Assembly: GCF_964355755.1 (NCBI RefSeq)
Contig: NC_092674.1
Coordinates: 12,152,001-12,216,000, forward strand
DNA length: 64,000 nt
Source: Antedon mediterranea
Lineage: Eukaryota > Animalia > Echinodermata
Reading direction: 5' to 3'
The stretch's first letter is position 1, and every line of letters begins with the position of its first letter. Shown piece after piece: positions 26,133-38,738 of this stretch. Below the pieces are notes generated by a model. That model was given only the letters and a program-made list of their open reading frames with translations. It did not search any database and was not told the DNA's origin. The translations under genes and the position numbers were made by a program.

Positions 26133-28108
26133 TCAGCAATAACTTAGCTTTGTGTTACTTGTCAGTAGACAAAAATGCAAGTCACAGCTGAGGCTCAGCA
26201 AGAACAATAGCAAACCTAACAATACTGTATGTTCTTTCATTTTGGAATGTGTTAACAACGATTTTCGGGTTGTAGATGAATGTCAGCACCATGATTACTC
26301 CATTTAAGTATTACTTTAGGTTGGACACTGTGCATATAGGTAAATTACTGTGACCTGGCTAGACTTAGAGGGTTTTAAATTTATTTTATTTCTAGGATGA
26401 ATTAACAACTAGCAATGTTAAACAAGGTTTTACTAATCAACCCAGCTTCTCTGATGAGGTAAGTAAAAGATATAGTATTTTGTAACATGCATACTATTGG
26501 GCTTTTAATAATTATAACAACAATTTGGAGATACCGTCAATAAGATTAAGATATTTATAATTTCATTCACAGTATAGTTTTTTTACAGACTCTGAATTCA
26601 TTAGAGAATCAGAGAAGAATCATTAGGCTAACTTTATTTGAAGATGTATTGTCCCACAAACATGAACAAATAAAGATTTATAAAATAAAATTTGAATATG
26701 TTATTCACTTTTGCAAAATACAAAAGTAGTTTTTTTTTGCTTATTATAAAACCAGATACTAAAAATACTAATTATTAAATAACCAATATCTTTCAGATTA
26801 TGGTTTTCAGGTTGCCTATTATTTTCTTTAATGACAAAAAAATTCTTACCGGTATATGAAATTTAGAGACACTTGTGTCAATTAAATACTAAGAGTGTTA
26901 ATATCATTAAAATTCATTATCTACCATTCATGGATTGTAATTCTATGACATGATTACTTTGACAATTTAAATAACATTCTATTTTTTTTCAGACGGGGAC
27001 TGCCAGAAATAGTCATATTAATCATGCTAAGGTAACAAAGTTCATGTAATATTGTAAATTGATAGAAATTAAATAGTTCAAATAAATTTAAATCATCAAA
27101 GTCATCTTCCATGATATCCTACTGTACTAAGGTAACAAAATTCATGATTTATAGTTATGTATACACACAGTTAGTAATTAATAGTTCAAATAAATTGTAA
27201 TCATAGTCTCCTTCCAGCATACCCTACTGGACATTGGATCTACTTTTCATTGACTCGATAATATACATTAGCTCATATAAAACATCACAGTAATACTGTA
27301 GTAATACTATATTAAAACAAAAGCAGATATGTTTCTATTTTTTGGTTCTTATAATTATTTTTTTCAATTAATCTTTAAATATATCAACCTACAATTTGTA
27401 AATTAGTAATTTTCTAATATAAAAATAACAAATAAATTCTTAAATTTTGATTGAACTATTAACTGTATGTTTTAATATAATATTTAGTATATTTTTATTT
27501 TTTGTTTGCAGTTTGGTACATATTTCAGTGGCATAGTTGCAGAGAAACAAAAGTTAAACACTCTGCAAGATGGAGGACGAAGAAAAGTATTGGTGTCGAG
27601 GGAAAATGTTTGGAATGTAAGTTACTAAATAAAAACATTAACAAAACGTGTCACAGTGATCATTTAAACAATTTAGTTCATTCAGGCATCCTTCATTAAA
27701 AAATGTACATTTACAAATACATCGGAAGACAACAAGGTTGAAGCGGCCTCCCCAAGTATGCCCGAGCAAAGTATACTGTATGGAACTCATAATTCTCTGG
27801 TATTGCTAGTAGAATTCATTTGAAATGGAGACCACTTTCAGTATTAGTAGTACACTAAATATTATTAAGCTGCAGCACTGTTTTTGTGGATTTTCCACTG
27901 TATGGAATTTTTTTTCATAATTGATTAATTCTAATCAATGAATTTTTTAAACTTTTAGGTTACACAAAGAAACACTAGTAGTATGCATACATGGTTTCAA
28001 GATTTGGCTGGAATACGGCCACTTGCCATACTTGCTAAGAAAGTAAGTTGATTGTTGTTTTCTTAAACCAAAAATAACAGCTTTTTGCATTTTCAGTTAT
28101 TGAAAAAA

Positions 28109-28433
28109 TGTTATTTGATCCATGTCAGTTGCCTTTAACTTTATAGCAGGTCCAAGATTACCAAGACTTCACTGATACTGCCTGGAGCTCATTGAGATCA
28201 AATTCTATTTTTAAATGGTACAAATATGAGAAATCAATCAATATCTGCTTGTGGATGCAATAATATTTCAATGTTATTTGTTCCATGTCAGTTGCCTTTA
28301 ACTTTATAGCAGGTCCAAGATTACCAAGACTTCACTGATACTGCCTGGAGCTCATTGAGATCAAATTCTATTTTTAAATGGTACAAATATGAGAAATCAA
28401 TCAATATCTGCTTGTGGATGCAATAATATTTCA
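28109..28433 (+). repeat. 163-bp tandem duplication specific to the MED12 duplicate's intron 5
   Basis: 28109-28271 is repeated at 28272-28433. The main gene has a single unit (~45231-45389). Confidence 0.9.
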
Positions 28434-28918
28434 GTTTGATAGTGTTGTTACCATTTCTGTTCTGTTTTTTGGTTAATTTTTTGCAGGTTCCGTTATTTCA
28501 CCGCAAGGAAGAAATATTCCGGATGCTTGCAGAACACCAAGTTCCCATGATACGTGCTACATGGCTTCTTAAGATGACCCATGCATCTACACAAGCTATT
28601 ACAGATTCTAAAGTTAGGCCGAAACGTGCACAGAGTGATCCATCTATTGGTAAATATTAGCAGAATTATTATGTTTTTTTGTTTTATATAGTTACAACTA
28701 AAATTGATTGACGATAAAATGGCTCAGGTTAAGATAATCCGACTCCACCCCTATCTTTTGGCATTAAGAAATACCCTGGTATTGGGGTATTGCCAGGAGT
28801 TGGACCCAGAACCCTTGGATTGATAATGACACATAACCGCCAAATGTCATGAAATCTCAAAAGTTCATGTGACCAGCATAAACTGCTTAAAACAGAGATA
28901 ATCAACCTGTAGCCACTA

Positions 28919-29119
28919 CAGTAGATCTTTTATGAAGGGGACACCTCAACCCCAGGGACCCAAAAAAGTGTCTCTCTAATAAGGATATCCCCTGACAGGG
29001 GGTTTACCCAGAATAGGAGTTGGCCATAGTGTTGATGTATTACACCTCATTCACTTTTTTTTTGGAAAGTGTCTTTTAATATATGATTCCTAAATATGAG
29101 TTTCCTAAAAGTTCTACTA
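28919..29119. mobile_element. Old Tc1/mariner-type MITE in intron 6, shared with the main copy (45874-46070)
   Basis: TA-CAGTAGA..TTCTACTA-TA ends and internal GGGACACC/GTGTC motifs. Confidence 0.4.
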
Positions 29120-32100
29120 TACAAAAGAGACAGCAACTTCTATTTCTTTTTCAGAGTGGTGCCAAGTGATTACAAGGTTTCTCAAGGAAATTTTAAGCAA
29201 AATTGCTGATCCACATCAGACACCAAGTGGACCTAATCCTGTTTCAACGCTTCAGACGCCAACAATTACTGATAGTGACACAGCACACAAGATGTGGGAC
29301 TACATGACAACTCTAGCAAGATACTTGTATGAGGTAAGTATGTGACATAACTGTGGCTTACTAAACCCGAGTGTGGCGTTGGGAGAGCTGGGTTGTTGGC
29401 CGAGTAAGTTGGGGGTCTTCTCATCAAAGCTAGTGATTAATTTCAAAGTTAGCAATAAATTTCCCGATTAGCTAGTAAATAACTGAGCCTAATTGTATAC
29501 TAACGAGTAAGTTTTTCCCTCTTACAGGAATGTATGCTAGATTGTCATGAGTATTTATCATGGCTTGTTGAAACGGTGGAAAAAGTTAATCCTAAAGACG
29601 ACAATATTCTACGTCTTGTACTGCCAATAGTAATGCAGGTTAGTGATTACAAAAAAAAAATGACACATCCAATCCAAAATAATAAATAATTTCACAAATT
29701 AACTTTCATTATTTTTTTCAATTTTTATTTCATGTAATAATATTTTAAACTTGCTGTATATTTGTTTTTAATATGTAGTATGTGGAAGAATTTTGTAAAG
29801 GTCAAATTCTGTCACGAAGGTTGGCTTACTTCTGTTGTCGTAAACTTGCTTCCTTTTGTTCTGATGCTTGTAACCCACCGCAATCACCAACTTTGTTAAG
29901 CCCTGCAAACAGGTAATCACTTGTTATTATCATATATGTATAAATTTACTATTGATAATATTAAGCTACTAGAATTTATAGTGTTTGGTGGTTAAGATGT
30001 TTGGTTACCGATCATAGCCCATCCTTATGATACCACCGCACAGGATTTTTCTCATAGCCAAAACAGTACTGCTTACTAAGCCTCATATGAGAATATTGTG
30101 TGTCTATTTGAATTTGTCTTATTTTAATTTAAACATTTAAAGGTTTTGAAAATGCCAGTAGCTGCTGGCTGCAATGTAATTTTAATTTTCTTGGACAATA
30201 AACACATTTTAACTATTATAACTGCGTAGATAAGTTAAGGGTTGGTGGGAGAAAATAAAACAGTACTTTCAGGTAGCCATGGGTTTTTGTGGGTGCTATG
30301 CTGAAATTAGGCTTGGTGGAAGAACTTAAAATAGCAATTAGGCTAGGTAGAAGACATTGAAGGTGAATATTCCATGTTAAATTTATTATATTTCAACCCC
30401 TGTCGTTGTGGACAGGCGCCGTTTGGTGGCAGCACTCGACACGAAGGGACCTTTAGGGGAGAAGAAATTTGTGGTATGTGTCGTCCACACCTGTGCATAA
30501 TTCAGCCCAGTAGGCTGCAAGTCACAGGTTATTCCCACATTTACATAACACTACAGTTACTGCATTTTGTATACTTTTTAACCTTTTAACAATTATTTTT
30601 GTGCGAATGGATAAATCATATACACTTATTAATTTCAATGACTGCATACACCTCTACATTGAAACAAACTAGAGCCATACATTGTTGCAGTGAAAAATTT
30701 AGTTAATTCAAAAGGAAAATAAACCATTTGTTTACGCCTTACTGAGTTTTCCTCTTTCACTTTTGTTAAGACATTATGCTTCTTTTTAACAAAATTCTCC
30801 ATCCATAACTATGACAAAACTTGCTAACTTTTGTTACTCTATTATTTCCTTCTGTTGTGGATTTAGAATTGGGTGATACATTAAAATTCAACAGTTGTTT
30901 CAAGAGCTAAAACATCCACTTCATACATACATATTATTTTGTTTAATTATTTCCTCATACCATTTGCTCAGAGTATTTCTTCCTTGTTTACACACTTATT
31001 TAATTTGGTATCCGCACAATCTTATGTTTTTTTATAAATTCCTCCCTGGATGTTTTTAATGTATAACAAAAGTAAATGAGTTCTGAGTAGTTGGTTAGTT
31101 GGTTTAAATAAGAAAAATATAAAGTTCTCAATGTCAAGGAATTATTTGTTTGAATTAATATTTTAGATTTATAATCTGTAAGCCAGCTGTATAGTAACTG
31201 AAATCAATATTATAAATATATTAATTATTAAAATATCAATAATTAATTGATTGAGAGTCATCCACTCTATAGTGATTTTCAATGGTTGAGATCTGGAAGG
31301 CGTTTGAGGGCTACACGCTGTAGAACAAAACCCTCCCTAATTCTTTTGTTCCGTACTCAATTAGACATTTTAATAATCGTCGTTAAGTCGTTGAATTTTG
31401 TTGCTATGTAATTTTATTGTATTATTACCTTTTAACTTTGAGCAATTGTATGTCACATGAATTTCCGTATGGACAAATAAAATGAACTATGAACTATGAT
31501 TAGTATAGTAATTTAAATTTATTTCTTTAATCTATGGTTTGCCTGATTTTACATGCCAATAAAGGTGTATTGGTATTGGTGTAGAGGGGGTGTGACTTAA
31601 AACTGTTGTATCTGATTGGATACTTTATGTAGCCATATTCAATGGACCTCAATGGCAGTTTGTGTTTTTGCTGTGATTGTGTCAACAATCTAATTGTATA
31701 ACATAATGGAAAACAATAACCATTATGACATGAGTTTTTAAAACTAAATATTTGTTTTCTTTCTTTCAGGTTTCAAGCTAATGCACTACCTCCAAGTTCA
31801 TTATCAATGATTTTCTCCGAGTTCACAAACTGTGCACAGCATCGACCAATAGTTCTCTTCCTTAGTAGTATTGTACAAACTGTCACATTACAATGTCCTA
31901 GTGCCCTAGTTTGGATCAATGTAGGAGAGGCAAAAAACAGTAATATTCCAGGATCACCTCTGGACTTGCTTCCATGTGCTCCTTCCAGCTTACCTCTACC
32001 AAACCCACATAGTTTGCACGCACAACAGGTCAGCAAATTGTACAATACATAATCTCATCTCTGTCCCCGTTAACCCCATACAAGAACCAACAAAAACAAA

Positions 32101-32294
32101 CTATCTGTTTGAAAAACATTTATTCTGGGCAGGTGCGGCCACACACGCCAACTACCATAACCCTATGCACATAAATAACAAACCAACAAAACTAATTACA
32201 ATCTTCATTTCGGATGCCAAGGAAAAGTAAGCAAAATTAAAATTGAATAGTCTTGTATCTTTTTACTTTCTATTGAACCTATTTTATAATGTAG

Positions 32295-32899
32295 TGTAAT
32301 ATAATGATATCCTTTTATAATTAAGAAATTGACCTTTGTATCAGAATTCAAATAAGTTCACAAACTTGACCCAGAAAGTCCAGAGGAGAGTTTGTTCAGA
32401 TGTTTTAATGACCATTTAGTTTATAATAGAATCCCTAAAGAAAATACTTAGCTTAATTTTGTGACTGTTCCCATCGTAAAACAATTAGATATTGACAGTT
32501 TTTAGCAGAGATTCGACAGGGCCAATTCATCATTGTAACCTCCCCAGATAAGATCAATCATTCCCACTTAAACACCCCTGGATCAACTTAGGACCAATCG
32601 TTACCCTCACAGATGACGTAGTGACATGCAAATGAACCGAAGCCAATATACCCCCAAGTTTCAGAAGAGCTCAGACACACCTTACAGCCACTTCACGGAG
32701 CACACACCTCACAGCCACTTCTCCAGAAGCAGACCTACACACTTCACACCTCACCGACGGCATCACTGATCCTCCGTTCCTTATCTATACTTATAGTTGT
32801 ATATTGTACTGAAGTATTATACTGAATAAACAATATGTGTTACGACAGTTAAGCGAGTAAGAGTCTTCATTAGTACCTCAACATTAACACTATATTACA
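32295..32899 (+). mobile_element. Solo LTR of the same family as 19602-22488
   Basis: TGTAATATA..TATATTACA termini, 4-bp TSD GTAG (32291-32294 and 32900-32903), AATAAA at 32825, and reverse-complement match to 19602-20300. Confidence 0.92.
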
Positions 32900-35800
32900 G
32901 TAGGCCTAAATAATAATATATGCATGAAATTAAATTTAAACATCTTAAGTGCCTTTTGTTAAATCAATTATTACATCAGTGAAGATCTGTTACATGTGAA
33001 CGCATAATTCAATGCGCCGAAAGAAAACGTATGCTAACAATAACCTAACATCTTTCTAAATCACTCTTAACCTTGGGATAGGCGAAAAACAAAGAATAAA
33101 AAACCCCGGAAATGATTGAATCGGGGAAAAATCTCTGAAAATTCCTATCCGTCCCCGTGGTGGCGACCGAGTGCACAGTACGTTGAAAGACATTGAAAAA
33201 CTCCAAGGTCGAGAGCGACTGGAAATAATACATAACATAATATTACCATGCGATACCGTGCATGAAACGGGTATTTCGCTACCAATGTAGCCACCTATAC
33301 CGTATGATGTGGTATGACAGAAAAATAATACAATACTAGGCAACTTATATTAACAAAAACTTAACAGTGTGACGTGTTGACCGCGAATGACTAAAACATA
33401 CTCCCTTTCCCACTACACCTGCACAAGCCCATTTGCATAACAACACACGGCATACCAAACCGTGTCGTACAACTACGATGAGATATAAATTCTCTTCTAA
33501 ACACGTAACGAAGAGAATTACTAAATCTCATCTCAGTCCCCGTTAACCCCATACAAGAACCAACAAAAACAAACTAGGCCTATCTGTTTGAAAAACATTT
33601 ATTCTGGGCAGGTGCGGCCACACACGCCAACTACCATAACCGTTGCGAGCGAAAAAGTTCGGATTATGGGTAAAATTAAAAGAAACTTTATTTTTTGCAA
33701 ATATACAATGGTGATCGTAACAATGAAATAAAATAAGCTCATTAATTTAATGAAAAATGCATAATTCGACATAACTCATAATCATATATAAAGATGGTTT
33801 ATATACCAGTTTTTCTTCGATTCTAGATTCAATCCAGAAAATATTTCTACATTACTTGGTATTATTATTAGGTTGGTTTTGTTATTTTCTCAATTAACAG
33901 AGTAGCTATACTAAAAGTTGATATGTCACTGCACCTTGATTATGACAAAAAGCACAGCAAATAATAAACGATTTGAAGACATATCATTATTAAAGCAGGT
34001 ACAATAAAGCTGACTAACTCTCAACCAATTTCAATATCTGGGCAACTACACTCAAGATAAGTTAAGCTAAACCCGTAAACGGAAAAAACCTATACAGGTG
34101 AAAGTCTAACTTGATTAATTTCTCGTTATTAGACACACCCATTTAGTAAACTCATATCAAAACCAAATTTCCCATAGAAAACTTCCTCCTTAAAATAGTC
34201 TACAATACATGTTCAATTGATCTTTTTAGGGAGTGTGGGTGTAATTGTCTAAGAGCAGAGAAGAGGGATGAAAACGTTGGTTTGTCTAAGATACGGTACG
34301 GTAGTTGTCCGGATAGATAATGTTTTATTGGATATATAGCCTACACTACAATATGTAATTTTTATTCACTTACAGAATCTATTATACAGACAAGAACAAT
34401 AAAACAATGTCAATTTACTAACCTTCACATTTTGCCGAATAAAGAAAACCTACAACTAGCAAAATACAATTAATTAAATACATTGTCGTATGTAGCTAAC
34501 TGTAGCTTATAATAAGAAGGTTTGATTCTTATAATAATTGTGCATATAACTTCCGTGTACGCTACATGTTTGTTTTTCCATGATTATTTGTTAATAGTAT
34601 TTATAAGTCACCAACGTCAATATCAATTCACCGGGTACTGTACTATAATAGCGGTGATTTAAAATAGTTGTTTACCTAAGGCAGTATAATAGAGTAAGGT
34701 TCAATGAAAAACACGTGACTGTATATCAATATTTGGTATGACAGGTGGAGCTTTTTTCACTTTTCAATGATTATACATAAAGAGTAAATTCTTTCAAAAT
34801 CAGAAGCATGACTTGTTTTGCTATAGATTCGGTTTTTAGATATCGTAAGACCGTTCAATGTAATTCATAAGAGATCATGTCAACATTATTCTACTGTTAC
34901 TACAAATCTACAATGTACAGTGTGATTACTGATGATTATTTAATTTTGTTTTCTCTTGGGATCATTTTGCCATTATTTATTCTTTATATTCAATCAGTTT
35001 TATAGAGAAAAACAAGAATTGAAATTGAAAAATTTACTGTAAATCAGTAAAACTCAACATCTGTGAACGTTTTTGAAGGAAAATTGGACAACACAAGTTT
35101 CAAGTATTATCCGCTTCGGTTTTTTAAGTAGGTAGGTAGGCCTATAATCAGAATTCAGGTATCCACTCTTTACCCCATTTAATTACTTCTAATCCACATT
35201 CTAATTATTTAATTAATCAAAGTTTCACTTTACAAGAATTTCTGTTTTGTGCTGCTCTAAAAATGAAAAACTTGTTGCTTATTTGAAGCACACAGTGGTC
35301 ATGAAGTGCTAAAGCCATAATTTAAACAAAGTGAAACTGAACTTTTCTACAAAAACAATTCCCAGACTAAAAAACTTACAATGGTCTACATTAAAGAGTA
35401 CTGATAGTAGGGCGGCCAGTGTGAGCTTTTTCATCATGGGGGGCATTTTCTGTTAATAGCAGGCAACCATGTGGAATATATCCCTTATGGGATGACAAAA
35501 AAGATAGGGGTGGATGCCGCTCTCAAATTTCAGGTCAAAGGTCATGTTCAAGGTTATAAGGTCAAATATGGTAAAATAGAGGTTTAAGCTGTTTTCAACA
35601 ACATATAAGCTAATTAAAAAAAATGTAACCATTATTGGATCATTATTGATATATTGCTGCAGATGGTGAAGTTCATCAATTTTTCAACTTACAAGTTTAA
35701 AGGTCATTTTCAAGGTCAAATAGAGCACAGACCTGTTAATTATCGGTATTAATAATTGAAATGAATATAATTTTCATAATAGCCTTGGGCTGATGGTTAT

Positions 35801-37599
35801 AGTGTGGTGGTGTCAAAAAGACCAGAATTGTACTGGGAAGATTTTAAACTTTTAGAGTCACTCCTGGAAGGTGTTCAAGGAATGGAGAGGATGAGTCCTA
35901 GAGTATCAAAATAACCGAAAATGGAGGCCTACTGGAATGTCTTATATTTCATTTAAAAACCGTCACAGAGGGTTTGTGGGTTGGGAGTAATGGGTGGCAT
36001 GGGCACATGCCAATATTCGAAATTTTTCTGAGATGGAAGGAGGTGACGCTCTGATGTGGGTATTTCTTCAAGCACTGATATATAATGCCTACTGGCCATC
36101 TGGGTAACGGCAAACGATTGAATCACAACCACATATGCATGCTTTCTGTAACAACTTCATCTGGCTCTTTAGTGTACATACATATGTAACAAAGTTCCAA
36201 ACTGACAACTGGGTTAGAGGCTTCCAAACGACCCGATTCATTTAGGCCACATACTGATCTCTGCCTGATAGTTGGCTCGTATGTTTAGGTTCTATGATGT
36301 CTGTATTCACCATAGGTGAGTTTTTTTAATTGTAAGTGTTTCCCGAAGTAGAAATACAGGTACTTAAATATGTATTGAGTGAAGTGAAATACTTAATATT
36401 TAAGGGAAATATATATCACTAGTGTTAATGGTATATGGTCACTGAGTCTAGATGGAGGTAGCACCAAAGAGTAGTCTGTTATTATACAGTTATCTGCTCA
36501 AGAGTACCATATATTTGGCAATATTAAACTTTAGTGTACACTGTACGTGGAAAGTCTTAATCTTAATCAATTCAATTTACAAGGAGTGGATGCGTTACAA
36601 ATTATTTCCAGTATGACCTCTTCCCATAACCAGCAAATAATGACGTGCTGCGCAACCTGTAATGGCATGGAAGCTGGTTAGATTATTCTTAATAGGTTTT
36701 CAACCACTTTATTGTTCACTATACATCGTCCATACTTTTGAAGGCTACTGTTACAAAGTACATATCATTAGTTAACATCAACTTTCATGTATAATTGCAA
36801 GCTCTTTGTTATTGACATAAAGAATGCCTAAAAACTGTGTGATATTTGTTCTCCTCCAAACCGATGAGTGTGGCCCAAAACACATACGGAAGTACAGATT
36901 AGTACATTGGGACTATCCTTTCAATCGTGTCACTGCTTTTATCCACCCCTTTCCAATGTAATGATCAAATACAACAAAATAACGAAATATCTAGGTAACT
37001 TGCATAAATACTTGCATAGCCACCAAATGTTTACAGCCATGTTTACTGCATCCTATAGTGCATGACCATCATTTTTTTTACTGTAAGTTTTCTTCTGGAA
37101 CATCTGTGGGTATGTCAACGCCATCCATCAAGATATGTAAAGTCATATTTGGTTAAAGATATTAAAATTGGGCTATGATCATACTCCAATGTTTGATCAG
37201 CAGATTTTCTGTCAGTTTTTATATCCTTTATCGAAACAGTTGCCTTATAGAAATCCGCAAAGGTTTAGAGCGATGCTTTCTCAGTGGCTCATGAAGTTCT
37301 AAGTTCTACTGTTTTTTTTTCTTTCAATAAGTTGTTACTTTAAATATAAGATCTTCCTTATCATCTGTCAGTTCGAAAGAATATTGTGTATATATTATGT
37401 GTGATTCGTGATCAGTCTGACCATGTCATGCAGAACCTATCAATGAATTACAGCGTTTCTTGTTATACCAATGATTCTATTTTGAATTGATCAATCATCC
37501 ACTCAGTGTTTATAATATTGGTTCTGATAGTTTAGATAGGTAAATTAGTTTACCCTTTTAACCTCATTTCTACAACGAATCCAACCGTTTTTAAAATGT

Positions 37600-38250
37600 G
37601 TTGGTGGTTTCAGAAATGACGACTTTGGTTGGCAAACTATTAAAATATATAATTACTAATTGTGAAAAAGTGGATCTCCTATCAGTCCTTTGTGAAATTT
37701 AGGTTTAAAAAGTCTAAGTTGTCCTCGTGTATTTCTGCTTAGATTGCATCTTATTTGAAGGAAGTCTTCCTTGGCTACACCCTCGAAATCTTTTGAAAAT
37801 TTTCAATCAAGTCACCATGAATTCGTTTTTCATACAGGGTTGTTAGGCCAAGAAATTTTAAACGATCTTCATATGAATAAGAACGGATAGCTGGAATTTA
37901 ATTAGTCGCATGACGTTGTCCTCTTCAAGTGCGTTTACTTTTTGGGAGAAATGGATTTCATACCTGGACACAGTACGTAACGTAATGTTTGTAAATAACA
38001 TTAAAACCGTCTTTATCCATGTGTATAAAGGACTTCTTAATTACTTTAAGGAGTTTTATATTTGTTATCACCGTCAGCCATGATAGCATAGATGCGAAGG
38101 CCTCAAGAAGAAGTCCCCAATTACCACACCTTCCAACCTTGATAAAGTCCAATAGTTAGAGTTTTTGAAAACAAAGACTCGATACCCAGGTTTCTCTTTC
38201 TAGATTTCTTGAAACAACAAACTTCAATAAAAACTTGTATCATTGAAATA
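37600..38250 (-). mobile_element. CR1-like LINE 3' fragment
   Basis: Minus-strand IPAIRSYSYEDRLKFLGLTTLYEKRIHGDLIE (~37805-37900); similar to the intron-1 CR1 fragment. Confidence 0.7.
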
Positions 38251-38738
38251 ATGAAAACAATGTTTAAATAATTACATTATAGAGGGTCTCTGACCCAAAC
38301 AAAAACATCTCGACATTAGGTCATATAGGGGGTCTCTGTTTTCGGAATTTTTCTAAAAACAAATTTCTAAATATTACTGTATTACATTATAGGTAACATT
38401 AATATTATAGTAAAAGACCAATCATTTGGCACATATGGCGTTTCATACATATAACACTTGACCTATTTTTTCCGACAAAAATCAAAACGATGACTGGTGG
38501 ACAACATGAAAAAGACAAATTTACAACAGACTGGGAAAAGCCTATTAAAAAACTGTGTACTTTACAGAAAATATGTGAAAACAACATTTTGAGAAAATGA
38601 CACTTTTATATTTAATTTCCTATGTTTTTATGAAATTAAATGTTTATCTCATAATTACTATAATATGAAGCATCAGTTGATCTTCAGATATACCTTTTTG
38701 GATAGATCTGATGATGTAGATGATTTTCCGTGAATAAA

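Larger units (their letters stand above)
26396..32028 (+). pseudogene. MED12: Partial tandem duplicate of MED12 (exons 2-10): truncated paralogue, pseudogene or divergent haplotype copy
   Basis: Exons 26396-26458, 26993-27031, 27512-27616, 27959-28042, 28487-28649, 29155-29333, 29528-29638, 29779-29912 and 31770-32028 match main exons 2-10 in length, with GT-AG sites and no stops or frameshifts. No exon 1 match was found upstream. Homology to the main copy ends at about 32053. Confidence 0.88.

Noticed and set aside
25834-26191. LRN/AQF-repeat ORFs
   Set aside because: They are translations of the TTGCGCAA array in a MITE.
30374-31060. Possible extra exon or LINE remnant in intron 9 (also 47345-48039)
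   Set aside because: Exons 9 and 10 already join in phase, the two copies differ here by indels, and no recognisable motif was found.
35780-37550. Possible transposase remnant inside the large TIR element
   Set aside because: Composition looks coding-derived, but I could not read a diagnostic motif. It needs tblastx.
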